Shown: piece by piece, positions 41,997 through 52,731 of the stretch
How positions within the stretch are numbered: position 1 is the stretch's first letter
Layout of the letters: each line of letters begins with the position of its first letter
Assembly: GCA_964586775.1 (NCBI GenBank)
Contig: CAZPJD010000225.1
Coordinates: 464-64,463 of the forward strand
DNA from: an uncultured bacterium
GTDB taxonomy: Bacteria > Lernaellota > Lernaellaia > JACKCT01
Direction: 5' to 3'
DNA length: 64,000 nt
Translations under genes and position numbers: made by a program
Notes under the pieces: model-generated
Databases searched by the model: none
Seen by the model: only the letters and a program-made list of their open reading frames with translations
Told to the model about the DNA's origin: nothing

Positions 41997-43930
41997 CCAT
42001 CTCTCCGCGGCGTATGCAGAACCGCCGGGGGATGCTCGTCCGTCGCCGTTTCGGCCATCCCCTGGCGCGTCAATTCTCGCATCAAAACAACCGTCTCGTC
42101 CACGCGTTCCTCGCCGGACAGCTCGATCAGCCGCCGGACCCGCTGGTCGAAATCGCGCGTGACGCCGAGCTGCGCCGCGGGTTCGGCGTAGATCTTGTCG
42201 TGCGCCGTGCGCTCCATCTTCTCCTTGCCCGTGAACAGCTCTTCGGAGAGCTTTTCGCCGGGGCGAAGGCCCACGAACTTGATCTCGATATCCTTGTCGG
42301 CGTCGAGCCCGGACAGGCGGATCAAATTGCGCGCGAGTTCCAGAATGTTGATCTGCTCGCCCATCTCCAGCACGAAGATCTCGCCACCCTGGCCCATCGC
42401 CGCCGCTTGCATCACGAGCTGCGTCGCCTCGGTGACGGTCATGAAGTAGCGCTGCGCCTTGGGGTGCGTCACCGTCACCGGCCCGCCCTCGGAAATCTGC
42501 CGGTGGAAGAGCGGAATCACCGAGCCCGACGAGCCCATCACGTTGCCGAAACGCACCGCGATGAATTTCGTCTTCGGCTGCTTTTGAGCGAGCGATTGCA
42601 GGATCATCTCGCCGATGCGCTTGGTCATGCCCATGACGTTGGTCGGGCGCACGGCCTTGTCGGTGGAGATGAAGACGAAGCGTTCGACATCGCGCTCGAT
42701 CGCGGCCATCGCCACGTTGAGCGTTCCCTCGACGTTGTTGCGCAGCGCCTCGATGGGGTGCAGCTCCATCATGGGCACATGCTTGTATGCGGCGGCGTGA
42801 AAGACCACCTGCGGCTTGTGCTCCGCCATCACCGCCAGCAGCTTCTGGCGGTCGAGAATGTCGCCGATGATGGGCAGCGTGCGGACGTGCGGGAAGTGTT
42901 GAACGAGTTCCCACTGGATCATGAACAGCGCGTTTTCGTTGCGCTCGAACAGCACGATCGTGTCGGGGTCGACGGCCGCGATCTGGCGGCACAGCTCGCT
43001 GCCGATCGAACCGCCCGCGCCGGTGATCAGAATCGTGCGTCCTTCGAGCTGCGAGCGGATCAGATCCTGATCGAGGCGCACGGTTTTGCGCCCCAGCAGG
43101 TCCTCGACCGACACCTCGCGAAGCTGCTTGACCGATACGCGCTCGTTGAGGATGTCCGCCATCGGCGGCACGATCTTGAAGCGCACGTTCGTTTCGCGGA
43201 AGCGGCTGATGAGGTCCTTGAGTTCCTTGGGCTTGAGCGACGGCGACGTGATGATGATCTCGTCGACCTTGTGGCGTTCCAGAATGCGCGGGATCTCTTC
43301 GCGACCGCCGAGGATCGACACACCGTGGATCTTGAAGCCCTTCTTCGGCGCGAAGTCGTCGATGAAACCGATCACGTTCAGGCGCAGCGCCTCGTTGTTG
43401 CGGATCTCCTTGAGCAGCTCCACGCCGATCTGACGGCTGCCGTAGATCAGCACGTTCGACCCGGCGGGGGTGCGTTCGTTGAGGAGCTTTTCGCGAAACG
43501 CGCGAAGCGAGAAACGGATGCCGCCGATGAACGTGATCGTGATGAACCAGTCGATCATGAAGATCGAGCGGGGGAAGCCCGGGAAGAAGAAGACCGCGAC
43601 GACGATGAAGGCGAGCGTCGAAACCGTGCTGGCGCGGATGATGTCCGACAGGTCGTCCATGCCGACGTACCGCCACCAGCCGCGGTACAGATCGAAGTAG
43701 TAGAACACCGCGATCTTGATCAGGATGATCCACGGTGCACTGCGCCAGAACAGACGGCCCGCCCAGCCGGAGAGATCCGAATCGAAACGCAGTGAAAACG
43801 CGAGAAAATAGCCGAAAACGATCAGGACGATCTGGCTGGAGACGATAAACACGCGCCGAAATCGCAGCACGCTGTGCCCGAACGGCGTATCCAGAAAATT
43901 TCGTCCGCGTAAATCTTCGCGAAGACCCAT
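41993..43930 (-). CDS. Membrane-bound nucleoside-diphosphate-sugar 4,6-dehydratase/epimerase (CapD/WbpM/PglF family)
   Basis: 645 aa. Four N-terminal TM helices, ILITGAGGSIGSELCRQI, and FISTDKAVRPTNVMGMTKR. Confidence 0.85.
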   Translation of the reverse strand: MGLREDLRGRNFLDTPFGHSVLRFRRVFIVSSQIVLIVFGYFLAFSLRFDSDLSGWAGRLFWRSAPWIILIKIAVFYYFDLYRGWWRYVGMDDLSDIIRASTVSTLAFIVVAVFFFPGFPRSIFMIDWFITITFIGGIRFSLRAFREKLLNERTPAGSNVLIYGSRQIGVELLKEIRNNEALRLNVIGFIDDFAPKKGFKIHGVSILGGREEIPRILERHKVDEIIITSPSLKPKELKDLISRFRETNVRFKIVPPMADILNERVSVKQLREVSVEDLLGRKTVRLDQDLIRSQLEGRTILITGAGGSIGSELCRQIAAVDPDTIVLFERNENALFMIQWELVQHFPHVRTLPIIGDILDRQKLLAVMAEHKPQVVFHAAAYKHVPMMELHPIEALRNNVEGTLNVAMAAIERDVERFVFISTDKAVRPTNVMGMTKRIGEMILQSLAQKQPKTKFIAVRFGNVMGSSGSVIPLFHRQISEGGPVTVTHPKAQRYFMTVTEATQLVMQAAAMGQGGEIFVLEMGEQINILELARNLIRLSGLDADKDIEIKFVGLRPGEKLSEELFTGKEKMERTAHDKIYAEPAAQLGVTRDFDQRVRRLIELSGEERVDETVVLMRELTRQGMAETATDEHPPAVLHTPRRDG

Positions 43931-44066
43931 GGCGGGTGGTCGTCCCTTTCCGGCCCCGATCCCATCACATATCGAATCAAAATCGAGGGAAGTTTAGCGG
44001 GAGCCGCACGGAAGGGCAACACCCGAGCCAAGAAAAGTGACCGACTGGACGAATCGGTCAGACCGT

Positions 44067-44804
44067 TCAGCCCATCTTTTCGATCAGGTCCTCGGACTCG
44101 ACGACCCGGCTCACCGGCGATGGATCGATCGCGATGCGCAGAAGCGCCAGGCCGAGCTGCGCTCCAGTGATCGTCCGCCAGCGGCGACCGAAGCGCGCGA
44201 GCCCCACCGCGCCCGCCGCGCCCGAGAACGCGTCGAAAAACGTTGCGGCCGCGCGCTCGGCGGGCCGGGCGTCGTCGCGATCCGCGCCGCTGATGAACGC
44301 GGGGCGCACGATGGAGTACGGCAACCCCGAGCCGCGCACGGCCTCTTCGGCCATCCAGCGTGCCCGGCCATAGGGCGAGGTCGAGCTGGCGTTCGTGCCA
44401 ATCGCCGAGAGATACACGATGCGCGGCGAGAGTCCCGACGCCTTCGCCGCGTCGACGGTCATTTTCGTCAGCCCGAAATCCACCGCCATGTAGCTCTGCG
44501 CGCTCGCGTCGCCCCCCGCGCGGGCCACGTGCTTCGCCCGGTCGCGCGTGGTGCCGATGGCGATGACGATCGCGGCGGGTCGCTCCCGGCGAAACGTCGC
44601 CGCCAGCGATTCGGTTTCCCAAGGGGTCGCATCGACCCGAGCGCCGATGCCCTCGAACCGGCTCGACCACTCGCCGAGGCGCGGCGAATCGGGGCGAACG
44701 TGCGCGATCGTGTCGATTTCGGCGTCGCGCGCCGCGCGCACCACCTCGCGCCCGGTGTAGCCGGTCGCCCCAAGAACGAAGAGGGCGTTCGAAAAATTGG
44801 TCAT
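44067..44804 (-). CDS. NAD(P)-binding atypical SDR (NmrA-like)
   Basis: 245 aa. N-terminal LFVLGATGYTGREVV Rossmann motif. Confidence 0.7.
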   Translation of the reverse strand: MTNFSNALFVLGATGYTGREVVRAARDAEIDTIAHVRPDSPRLGEWSSRFEGIGARVDATPWETESLAATFRRERPAAIVIAIGTTRDRAKHVARAGGDASAQSYMAVDFGLTKMTVDAAKASGLSPRIVYLSAIGTNASSTSPYGRARWMAEEAVRGSGLPYSIVRPAFISGADRDDARPAERAAATFFDAFSGAAGAVGLARFGRRWRTITGAQLGLALLRIAIDPSPVSRVVESEDLIEKMG

Positions 44805-45080
44805 GATCTCGCGAGTTTACCACGCGTTTCGGCCCGATGTCGTGGTTATTTGGCCGTTTGCGGAATTTTCGGGCGAATCTACGGATAGAGCTTATAGAAC
44901 TTTTCATTCAGGACTTCGCGGGCGCTTCCGACAACCCAAGGGAGCAAACGTCCCGATCGAAAAACTTCGAGCCCGCCAAAACGAGACCACACGCGCTGCG
45001 CGTGGTCCGTTTATCGATTCCGAGGGTTGTCTTTGTGCGTTTTTCGGTCGGCTCAGGGATTGAGCCGTGAGGGAGGTATC

Positions 45081-47390
45081 ATGTCCCGTCTGCGTTTCCG
45101 GTCCATCAGGTCCAAGCTGCTCGCCATGGGCGTCGCGCTCGTCGCCATGCCGGTCTTCGCCCTCACCGCGATCGCCCTTTACCTGGGCGGCGGCATGCAG
45201 GGAGAGGTCGGCGAACAGATGAGTGGCATGACGAACGCGAGCCTCGGCGCGGTGCTGCAGGGCGTCAATCACATGATCGACGCGCATGTGGCGACCGTGA
45301 AACAAGAGCTGCTGTCCGGATTCAACGTCGCCAAGCGCGTGCTGGCCGATGGCGGCGGCGCCGGTCTTTCCGCCGACCAGGTCGTCGAATGGCATGCCGA
45401 GAACCAGTTCACCAAACAGGCGCAGGCGCTGAAACTGCCCCGACTGACGCTCGGGGCCGCGGCGGTCGAGCCGCTCGCGGATTTCGCGAAACGCGCGCCC
45501 GTGGTGGACGACGTGCGCGACCTGATCGGCGCGTCTTGCACCATCTTCCAGAAGATGAACGACCAGGGCGATCTTCTGCGCGTGGCGACGAACGTGAAAA
45601 AGGCCGACGGCAAACGCGCGGTGGGCACTTACATCCCCGCCGTGAACCCCGACGGCAAGCCGAACCCCGTCGCGGCGGCGATCGCGCGCGGCGAGCGCTA
45701 CGAGGGCCGTGCGAAGGTCGTCGACACGTGGATGTCCACGGTGTACGAACCGCTCAAGGACGGCGCGGGCAAGACGATCGGCGCGCTCTTCATCGGCGTA
45801 CCCATCGAGGGAAGCGGCGCGCTGCGCAAGGCGATCTACGAAACGGTTGTGGGCAAGTCGGGCTACGTGTTCGTGATCGGCGGCTCGGGCGACGAGATGG
45901 GCCACTACGTCGTCTCGAAAAACGGCGAGCGCGACGGCGAGAACATCTGGGACGCGAAGGACGCCGACGGCAAGACGTTCATTCAGGAGATGGTGAACGA
46001 AGGCAAGAAGAAAAAGCCGGGCGAGTTCGGCATCATCCGCTACGCGTGGAAGAACAAAGACGAAACCAAGGCGCGCATGAAGATCAGCGCTTACACCTAC
46101 TACGAGCCGTGGGACTGGGTCATCGGCGCCGGCGCGTATGAGGACGACTTCCACGACGTGAACCAGCGCCTCGCGGCGGGCTTCGGGCGCATGCGCAACG
46201 GCTTCATCGTCGCGGGCGTGCTGACGACGCTGCTGGGCGTGGTGTTCACCCTGATCGTCGGCAACGCCATCGCCAAGCCGGTTCGCGTGACGAACACGGT
46301 GCTCAAAGACATCGCCGAGGGCGAGGGCGATCTGACGCGCCGCCTCGACGTGACGACCGCGGACGAAGTGGGCGAGCTCGCGCGCAATTTCAATGTCTTC
46401 GCCGAAAAACTCCAGAAGTCGGTGCGCAGCGTGCTCGAAAACACCGGCGCGCTTCGCCAAACGGTGTCGAAGCTCTCCACGGTGTCGTCGGGCCTCGCGA
46501 GCGGCGCGGAAGAAACCAACACGCAGACCAACGCGGTGGCCGCGGCGACCGAGCAGATCACGGCCAACGTTTCGCACGTCAACGGCGTCACGCAGAACAT
46601 GACGACGGGCGTGAACACCATCGCATCGTCGTCGGAAGAGGTGGCGTCGAGCGTCAACTCGGTGGTGGCGTCGATCGAGGAAATGTCGGGGAGCCTGAAC
46701 GAGGTCGCGCGCAACTGCGCGAACGCGTCGACGATCGCGGGCAAGGCGGCGACCATCGCGCGGGACGCGACGGACGTGATCCAGCGCCTGGCCGAAGCCT
46801 CGAAGCGCATCGACGTTGTGGTGGAGACGATCAGCGATATCGCGGACCAGACGAACCTGCTGGCGCTCAACGCGACGATCGAGGCGGCGAGCGCGGGCGA
46901 CGCGGGCAAGGGTTTCGCGGTGGTGGCCAACGAGGTGAAGGAACTGGCGAAACAGACCGCGACGGCGACGGGCGAGATCGCGGAGCAGATCCGCGAGATG
47001 CAGGAACGCACGGGCAAGGCGGTCGAGAGCATCACGGCGGTGGTCGGCGTGGTCGGCGAGATCGACGAGATCACGCACACGATCGCCGCGACGGTGGAGG
47101 AGCAGACCGCGGCGACGAACGAGATCGCGCGGGCGATGTCGTCGGCAGCGGGCGGCGTGGCGGGCATGTCGCGCAGCGTGCAGGAACTGCGCGATCACAT
47201 CCGCAACGACGTGGCGCGGGGCATCGAGGACGTGGCGACGACTGTGACCAGCGTGTCGCGCAACATTCAGAACGTGCACCTCGCGGCGCAGGAAACGGCG
47301 CGCGGCGCGGCGGTGACGAACGAGGTTTCGGAACAGATGACCATGCTCGCCGACGAGCTCGGCCGCGTCGTCGATCAGTTCCGCGTTTAG
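45081..47390 (+). CDS. Methyl-accepting chemotaxis protein with double Cache-type periplasmic sensor and HAMP
   Basis: GAGGGAGG RBS. TM1, a ~300-aa Cache-like ectodomain ([19 protein letters not shown]..., [19 protein letters not shown]), TM2 and HAMP. Signalling hairpin [37 protein letters not shown]. Confidence 0.9.
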   Translation: MSRLRFRSIRSKLLAMGVALVAMPVFALTAIALYLGGGMQGEVGEQMSGMTNASLGAVLQGVNHMIDAHVATVKQELLSGFNVAKRVLADGGGAGLSADQVVEWHAENQFTKQAQALKLPRLTLGAAAVEPLADFAKRAPVVDDVRDLIGASCTIFQKMNDQGDLLRVATNVKKADGKRAVGTYIPAVNPDGKPNPVAAAIARGERYEGRAKVVDTWMSTVYEPLKDGAGKTIGALFIGVPIEGSGALRKAIYETVVGKSGYVFVIGGSGDEMGHYVVSKNGERDGENIWDAKDADGKTFIQEMVNEGKKKKPGEFGIIRYAWKNKDETKARMKISAYTYYEPWDWVIGAGAYEDDFHDVNQRLAAGFGRMRNGFIVAGVLTTLLGVVFTLIVGNAIAKPVRVTNTVLKDIAEGEGDLTRRLDVTTADEVGELARNFNVFAEKLQKSVRSVLENTGALRQTVSKLSTVSSGLASGAEETNTQTNAVAAATEQITANVSHVNGVTQNMTTGVNTIASSSEEVASSVNSVVASIEEMSGSLNEVARNCANASTIAGKAATIARDATDVIQRLAEASKRIDVVVETISDIADQTNLLALNATIEAASAGDAGKGFAVVANEVKELAKQTATATGEIAEQIREMQERTGKAVESITAVVGVVGEIDEITHTIAATVEEQTAATNEIARAMSSAAGGVAGMSRSVQELRDHIRNDVARGIEDVATTVTSVSRNIQNVHLAAQETARGAAVTNEVSEQMTMLADELGRVVDQFRV

Positions 47391-47412
47391 GCTTCCGATA
47401 GATTCGCGATTC

Positions 47413-47434
47413 GGGGACGGGCTCGCCCGTCCCC
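47413..47434. terminator. Hairpin between convergent genes (candidate terminator)
   Basis: GGGGACGGG-ctcg-CCCGTCCCC followed by ATCTTCATT. Lies between the MCP stop (47390) and the DUF1015 stop (47439). Confidence 0.45.
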
Positions 47435-47438
47435 ATCT

Positions 47439-48674
47439 TCATTGGCGCGCGATGCGGCGCACCACGAGCCCCGAACGCAATTTGGGCTCGAACCACGTGG
47501 ACTTGGGCGGCATGACCTCGCCCGCGTCGGCGACGGCGAGCAGGTCGTCCATCGAGGTGGCGAAACACGCGATCGCGAGGCCCGACGGCGACGCGGCGAC
47601 GCGCTGTTCCAGCTCGGCGAGCGGCCGTGCGCCGCCGACGAACTCGATGCGCGGATTCGTGCGTGGGTTGTCGATGCCCAGGATCGGCCCGAGCAACTCG
47701 TCCTGCAAAACGGCCACGTCGAGCCGCGACGCGACGGACGTGCCGTTCGGTTTTTTCTTGGGCGCGATGCGAACCCACGAACCGTCGATGAAAAGGCCGA
47801 ATTCGCCCGGGCGCTCCGGCGCGGGCGTCGCCGCGCGTTTCACGTCGAACACCCATTCGACGCGCGCCATGACGTCGGCGACCGTTCGCGACTCGAGATC
47901 CGTGACGACCCGGTGATACGGTAGGATGCGAAGCTGGTTGTGCGGAAAGATCGTGGCCATCACGCGGGCGGCGGGCGATTCGGGTGAACCGTCGCCGACG
48001 CGCCCCTCGCGCCACACACGGGTCGAAGCGGCGATGCGGTGGTGGCCGTCGGCCACATAGAGCGATTCCACGTCGGCGAAGGCCGCGAGCAGGTTCTTCA
48101 CGTCGTCGTCGCGATCCACCACCCACAGCCGGTGGCGCACGCCGTCGGCCGCGCGAAACGCGATCGTGGGTTCGGTGCGCGCATGGCCGAGGATCGCGGC
48201 ATCCACGGAAGGGTCGGAGCGGTACGCCAGATAGACCTGCCCGGTATTGGCACCCGTCGTCGCGATGTGCCGCGTGCGGTCGAGCTCCTTGTCGGGGCGC
48301 GTGAATTCGTGGCGCTTGATGACGCCCGCCTCGTATTCGGCGAGGCTCACCTCGGCGATGAGGCCGGTCTGCGTGCGCCCCTCGCGTTCGAGCTCGTACA
48401 CGTAAAACTCGGGGCGCTCGCTTTCGCGAAGAGTTCCCGCCGAGACGAGGCGGTCGAGTTCGGCGCGTGCGCGCGCGTACACGGCGTCGCCGTAGGGGTC
48501 CTCGCTCTCGGCCATGGCGGCCTCGGAACGGACCACGCGCATGAAGCTGTCGGGGTGCGTCGCCGCGATTTGCCGCGCCTCGGCGGCGTTCACGACGTCA
48601 TAGGGCGGGCACGACACATTGGCCGCGCAATCGGCCCGAACCACATCGCCTCGAAAAGGCGCGACGAACACCAT
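47439..48674 (-). CDS. DUF1015 domain-containing protein
   Basis: Start MVFVAPFRGDVV, then CPPYDVV, GVIKRHEFTRPDKELDR and YVADGHHR, all as I recall for the DUF1015 family. ATG at 48674; the track start at 48749 is less likely. Confidence 0.75.
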   Translation of the reverse strand: MVFVAPFRGDVVRADCAANVSCPPYDVVNAAEARQIAATHPDSFMRVVRSEAAMAESEDPYGDAVYARARAELDRLVSAGTLRESERPEFYVYELEREGRTQTGLIAEVSLAEYEAGVIKRHEFTRPDKELDRTRHIATTGANTGQVYLAYRSDPSVDAAILGHARTEPTIAFRAADGVRHRLWVVDRDDDVKNLLAAFADVESLYVADGHHRIAASTRVWREGRVGDGSPESPAARVMATIFPHNQLRILPYHRVVTDLESRTVADVMARVEWVFDVKRAATPAPERPGEFGLFIDGSWVRIAPKKKPNGTSVASRLDVAVLQDELLGPILGIDNPRTNPRIEFVGGARPLAELEQRVAASPSGLAIACFATSMDDLLAVADAGEVMPPKSTWFEPKLRSGLVVRRIARQ

Positions 48675-48788
48675 GACGACTCCGGCGGCAAAACACCCAG
48701 GAACGGGGACGAGAAAGGGGCGAAAAAGCCGCCGGATTATAAGGAGCAAGGCCCGCGGCGCAAGGGCGCGGCAACGCCATGCCCGGAA

Positions 48789-50033
48789 TCAGGCGCAGCC
48801 GCCTCCGCCGTCCGACCCGCCGCCGTCGTCGTCGCCGCCCCCGTTTCCGCCGCCGACGCCTCCGAGACCCGTGTCGCTGTCGTCGTCATCATCGTCGTCG
48901 TCACCGGGGAACCAGCCGTCGTCGTCATCGTCGTCGGACGGCTGCGTGGTGGTGGTGGTCGAGGTCGGGATCGAGGTTGTCGTCGGGCTCGTCGTCGTGG
49001 TCGTGCCCGGGTTCGTCGTGGTCGTCGTCGCGTGCGTGGTTGTCGTCGTGTGCGTCGTGGTGGTCACGTGCGTCGTGGTGGTGGTCGTCGTCGTGGTGAC
49101 GACAACCGTGTACTTCTCCATCACATCCGACGGAAAACCCAGAGGGCCGATCGGATCGCCGCCTGCCACCCACAGTGCGTTCTGCGACACCGCCCAGCCC
49201 ACGCGGTAGCGGTTTTGCACGACGTTCGTCGTCTGCGTCCACGATCCCCCGGGGGTCGCGGTGTAACCCTTGTTCACCCAACCGCCGCTGCCGTTTTCGC
49301 CGTGCGAAAAGATCAGCTTGCCGTTCGCCGTTCCCGACGCGCCGCCCCACCAGATCGTCGGCAGGTTCGGGCACGTGTCCCACGAGTCCGTCCCCGGCGT
49401 GTACACGTCGCAGGTGTTGAGCTCCGTGTCCGTCTCATCGACGCCGCCGAACACATAGAGCTTGCCGCCCGCGACGCCGCTTCCGTGGAACCGCCGCGAG
49501 GTGGGCATGGGCGTGAGCGCTAGCCATTCGTCGTTGTCGGGATCGTAGGACCAGCACTCGGGGTGCGACAAATCATTCTGATCGCCACCGCCGCACAGGT
49601 AGAGCAATGTGCCGATCTTGTCGAAGGTGTAGGCGTAGCGCGGCCCCGGCACCGTCGCCGTCATCGTCTCGAAAAGATTCCACGTGGTCTGGTATCGATA
49701 CACCGTGCCGACCACGTTCGTGCCATCGAAACCGCCCGGGATGTAGATCCAGCCGCCCAGCTCCGTGCCGTGGCCGAGCGCCAGGGCCGCCGGAAGGTTC
49801 GCCGCGTTCGACCATGTCAGTGTCGAGATCTTGTATTTATCCGACGAACGCAGGTAGCTGCCCAGCCAGTCCATTCCGCCGAACACATAGATGTTCTGGG
49901 CATCCGCAGCCATGATCGGATCAAAGCGCTGGGTGTCCATGCCCGACATCTGCGTCCATTGGGCAGCCGCGGGCGATGCCGCGACGATTGCGAACGCGAA
50001 CGCAACAAACCACAGAAAAGCGCGAGAGCGCAT
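48789..50033 (-). CDS. Secreted Kelch-repeat beta-propeller protein with Thr-rich and Asp/Gly-rich tail ending GGGGCA
   Basis: Signal peptide MRSRAFLWFVAFAFAIVAASPAAA. Repeated YDPxxDxW...P..R..H....GGKLYVFGG units. Tail is TTTTTTTTTHVTTTTHTTTTTH..., then DDDDDDGWFPGDDDDDDDD..., then GGGDDDGGGSDGGGGCA. Confidence 0.8.
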   Translation of the reverse strand: MRSRAFLWFVAFAFAIVAASPAAAQWTQMSGMDTQRFDPIMAADAQNIYVFGGMDWLGSYLRSSDKYKISTLTWSNAANLPAALALGHGTELGGWIYIPGGFDGTNVVGTVYRYQTTWNLFETMTATVPGPRYAYTFDKIGTLLYLCGGGDQNDLSHPECWSYDPDNDEWLALTPMPTSRRFHGSGVAGGKLYVFGGVDETDTELNTCDVYTPGTDSWDTCPNLPTIWWGGASGTANGKLIFSHGENGSGGWVNKGYTATPGGSWTQTTNVVQNRYRVGWAVSQNALWVAGGDPIGPLGFPSDVMEKYTVVVTTTTTTTTTHVTTTTHTTTTTHATTTTTNPGTTTTTSPTTTSIPTSTTTTTQPSDDDDDDGWFPGDDDDDDDDSDTGLGGVGGGNGGGDDDGGGSDGGGGCA

Positions 50034-50280
50034 TGTTCCGTCTCCCCAAAGCGGAATCACGCGTTGCCGACCACGGCCTGTGTAACACAACTGACCGGCG
50101 GTTCTCAACGGGGACGCGTGGGGGCCGCCTCCTCGCCGCCCACGGTCTGGGCAGGTGTGGGTCGTGAAGAATTCCGCCACTTGGCTTGATATCGATGTCA
50201 TCTATACTGAGTGCGATCATTGTCCATTTTCCGGGCGAGCCCCTACGCGTCCGCGCCGGCTCGTCCACGGAAGGGACCCC

Positions 50281-51987
50281 ATGACCGACGAACAAGAAGC
50301 TTTGGTCGAATCGATCGCGAAATCCACGAAGCGAACCATATCGCTCCTCTACGTTCAGCTCAGTCTGTGCCTTTATGTGTGCGTGATGCTCGCGGGCAAC
50401 GGGGCGCGAGGATATCTCGGCGCGGGCAAGGAAGTGCGGCTGCCCATTATCGATTTTCCAATCCATTATCGGGCGTTTTCCGTCATCGGGCCGTGGATGG
50501 TCGTCTCGACCTCGATGTGCCTGTATTTCGAACTGCGTCGACTGTATCGCTGGTATCAAGAACTTGCGGCGACGCGGTGCGACACCCCTCGCGATTGGAG
50601 CATCGTCGTCGAGCCGTCGATATTCGGGTCGCTGGTCCTCGATCGAGGAATGAAGAGCACCGACCGGCTGGTGCTGTCGGTGCTAGTGGGCGCGGCGATG
50701 TGGCTCGTCCCGGTCTTCACGGTATGGCTCTTCGCATGGGAGTTTTCAGCGCTCCACGGTTTCTGGTCGTCGACCTACCACGCACTGGTCGTGTTGGTGA
50801 TGACCGGGGCCGCCTTCGTCTCGGGTTTGCGTTGCGACGTTTGGGTCGATACGCAGAAGCGACGAACGCGGGCTCTCGTTTACGCCCTCCGGATCGTGCT
50901 CGCGTTCGTGCCGGTCGGCCTTGCGGCAAACTACGCGGTTGCCGCCGCGCGGGGCGAGTTCCCTCCGTTCGCCGAAGGTCGGTTCGAGTCGTTCGTTGCG
51001 CGGGCAAGCTTGCCGCTGAATCTGTCGGCGGAGCGCGCGGCGTTCGAAACCCTCGATCGCGCCGCGGAGCGACCGTCCCCCTCCGCCGAAAGGGAAATGG
51101 GCTTCGCGGAAGGGGAACGCGACGCGGGGGCCGGTGCGCCGCAATTCATCGGGGTCGAGTTGTCAGCGATGCCACTGCAATCCGCGGATCTGCGCGGGGC
51201 GGATCTGCGCGGTGTGGACTTCCGGGGTTCGGATCTCAGCGGAGCGATGCTCGAGGGTGCCGATCTGCGCGATGCGAACTTCACGAGGAGGCGCGTGGAA
51301 TATTCGGGCGATCCGCTTTCGCGGCTCGGCGTCTGGATGAGTCCCGCACATCGGCACATGGAAAAGCGGTCGGCCGCCATTGCCACCCGATGCGCTGATG
51401 AGGATGCAGACGAAGCGACCGAACCGGACGTTTGGGTCCGCTCGATCCGGGTGCCCGCGACACTGGAGCATGCACGAATGGAGAATGTGTTGGCGTCGAA
51501 CGCCCGCTTCGGTTGCGCACAGATGTCCCAAGCCCGAATGCGTCGCATCGACCTGACCCGCGCGAGCCTCAACCGCGCGGATCTGACCGGAGTGAAATTG
51601 AATGAAGCCATGATGCGAAACTCCAACCTTCGCCGGGTCGATTTGACCTGCGCGGCGCTCGACAACGCCGATCTCGGCGGCGCGGACATTTTCGGCGCCC
51701 GTCTCGATCGAACATCCCTGTGCAATGCCATCCTCGCCGTACGCGTGGTAGAGTCCGTGCAATCCGACTGCACCCCCGCATTTTCTTCCGAAGCGGACGC
51801 GGCCTTGACGCGGACACTTGGTCGGGCAGGCGTCGTACGCGATGCCCTCGTCGACGACCGGGCGATCGCGAGCATCACGAAGTCGTGGAATGCGTTGGCC
51901 AACCGCAAATGGCGCGTCACAAGGTCGAATGGATGCTGGACCGCGCGGCAGGTTCGGCCCGACGATCCCGATCCCTGCGCCGACTAA
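50281..51987 (+). CDS. Membrane protein with C-terminal pentapeptide-repeat domains
   Basis: 568 aa from the ATG at 50281. About 5 TM helices, then LQSADLRGADLRGVDFRGSDLSGAMLEGADLRDANF, plus a second block RIDLTRASLNRADLTGVKLNEAMMRNSNLRRVDLTCAALDNADLGGADIFGARL. Confidence 0.75.
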   Translation: MTDEQEALVESIAKSTKRTISLLYVQLSLCLYVCVMLAGNGARGYLGAGKEVRLPIIDFPIHYRAFSVIGPWMVVSTSMCLYFELRRLYRWYQELAATRCDTPRDWSIVVEPSIFGSLVLDRGMKSTDRLVLSVLVGAAMWLVPVFTVWLFAWEFSALHGFWSSTYHALVVLVMTGAAFVSGLRCDVWVDTQKRRTRALVYALRIVLAFVPVGLAANYAVAAARGEFPPFAEGRFESFVARASLPLNLSAERAAFETLDRAAERPSPSAEREMGFAEGERDAGAGAPQFIGVELSAMPLQSADLRGADLRGVDFRGSDLSGAMLEGADLRDANFTRRRVEYSGDPLSRLGVWMSPAHRHMEKRSAAIATRCADEDADEATEPDVWVRSIRVPATLEHARMENVLASNARFGCAQMSQARMRRIDLTRASLNRADLTGVKLNEAMMRNSNLRRVDLTCAALDNADLGGADIFGARLDRTSLCNAILAVRVVESVQSDCTPAFSSEADAALTRTLGRAGVVRDALVDDRAIASITKSWNALANRKWRVTRSNGCWTARQVRPDDPDPCAD

Positions 51988-52053
51988 GGAGGCGGGACGA
52001 ATCCCTGGTCGCGCGGAAATCGCGCCGCTGCGCGCGAGCCCCGAACCACATCG

Positions 52054-52728
52054 ATGTCCGACCCGTTTGACAACGTCTCCCGGCGGCGCAATCTTTTTGC
52101 GACAGGATCGCCAATGGACGAAAGCCCGCACGACATCCTGCGCTTTCGGCACGCCATCGACCGCATCGACGCGGCGAACGACGACGATCCGCGTCGCGTG
52201 CACGACGAACGCACCGGGCGACCGATCGCCCGCGAGCGGCTGTATTCGCGGCGCATGACCGAAGCCTTGGGACGCCTCGATCGCGATGCGTCGGTCGCGC
52301 AACGGCTCGCGGTGCGCGCGCAGCACATCCGGCGCTGGATGATCGGACGCGACGAATACCCCTTGGACCGCTCCGGGTATCTGCGCTGGCGCGAAGCCCT
52401 CAAGCGTTTCCACGCTGAAACAGTGGCGGCGATCCTGCGCGATGTGGGCTATGACGAAGCGACGATCGCGCGCGTTTCGTCGCTGCTCAAAAAGGAGCGC
52501 CTTCGCACCGATCCCGAGACGCAGACCCTCGAAGACGCGGCGTGCCTCGTTTTTCTGGAGTACGAGTTTGCCGAATTCGCGCCGCGCCACGACGATGCGA
52601 AGATCGTCGAGATCGTGCGCAAGACCTGGGGCAAGATGAGTGAACGAGGCCGCGCCGCCGCGCATCAGATTGTGCCGCGGCTCGACGACTCCCTGCGATT
52701 TCTCGTCGAACGCGCGCTCGCCGAATAG
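52054..52728 (+). CDS. DUF4202 domain-containing protein
   Basis: 224 aa. AQHIRRW...YLRWREALKRFHAETVAAILRDVGYDE...LEDAACLVFLE matches my recollection of DUF4202. Confidence 0.65.
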   Translation: MSDPFDNVSRRRNLFATGSPMDESPHDILRFRHAIDRIDAANDDDPRRVHDERTGRPIARERLYSRRMTEALGRLDRDASVAQRLAVRAQHIRRWMIGRDEYPLDRSGYLRWREALKRFHAETVAAILRDVGYDEATIARVSSLLKKERLRTDPETQTLEDAACLVFLEYEFAEFAPRHDDAKIVEIVRKTWGKMSERGRAAAHQIVPRLDDSLRFLVERALAE

Positions 52729-52731
52729 ATC

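Noticed and set aside
41997-43733. Upstream part of the 915-aa track ORF 40986-43733, and likewise 37995-39977 of ORF 37995-40967
   Set aside because: These are out-of-frame overlaps with the CapD-type gene and the GT-C-like gene respectively, with Arg/Pro/Gly-rich translation. The real genes start at internal ATGs coupled to the upstream stops.
44985-45007. Imperfect palindrome GACCACaCGCGCtGCGCGTGGTC upstream of the MCP gene
   Set aside because: No T-tract follows it, it matches no known operator, and its central loop is too small. It could be chance in GC-rich DNA.
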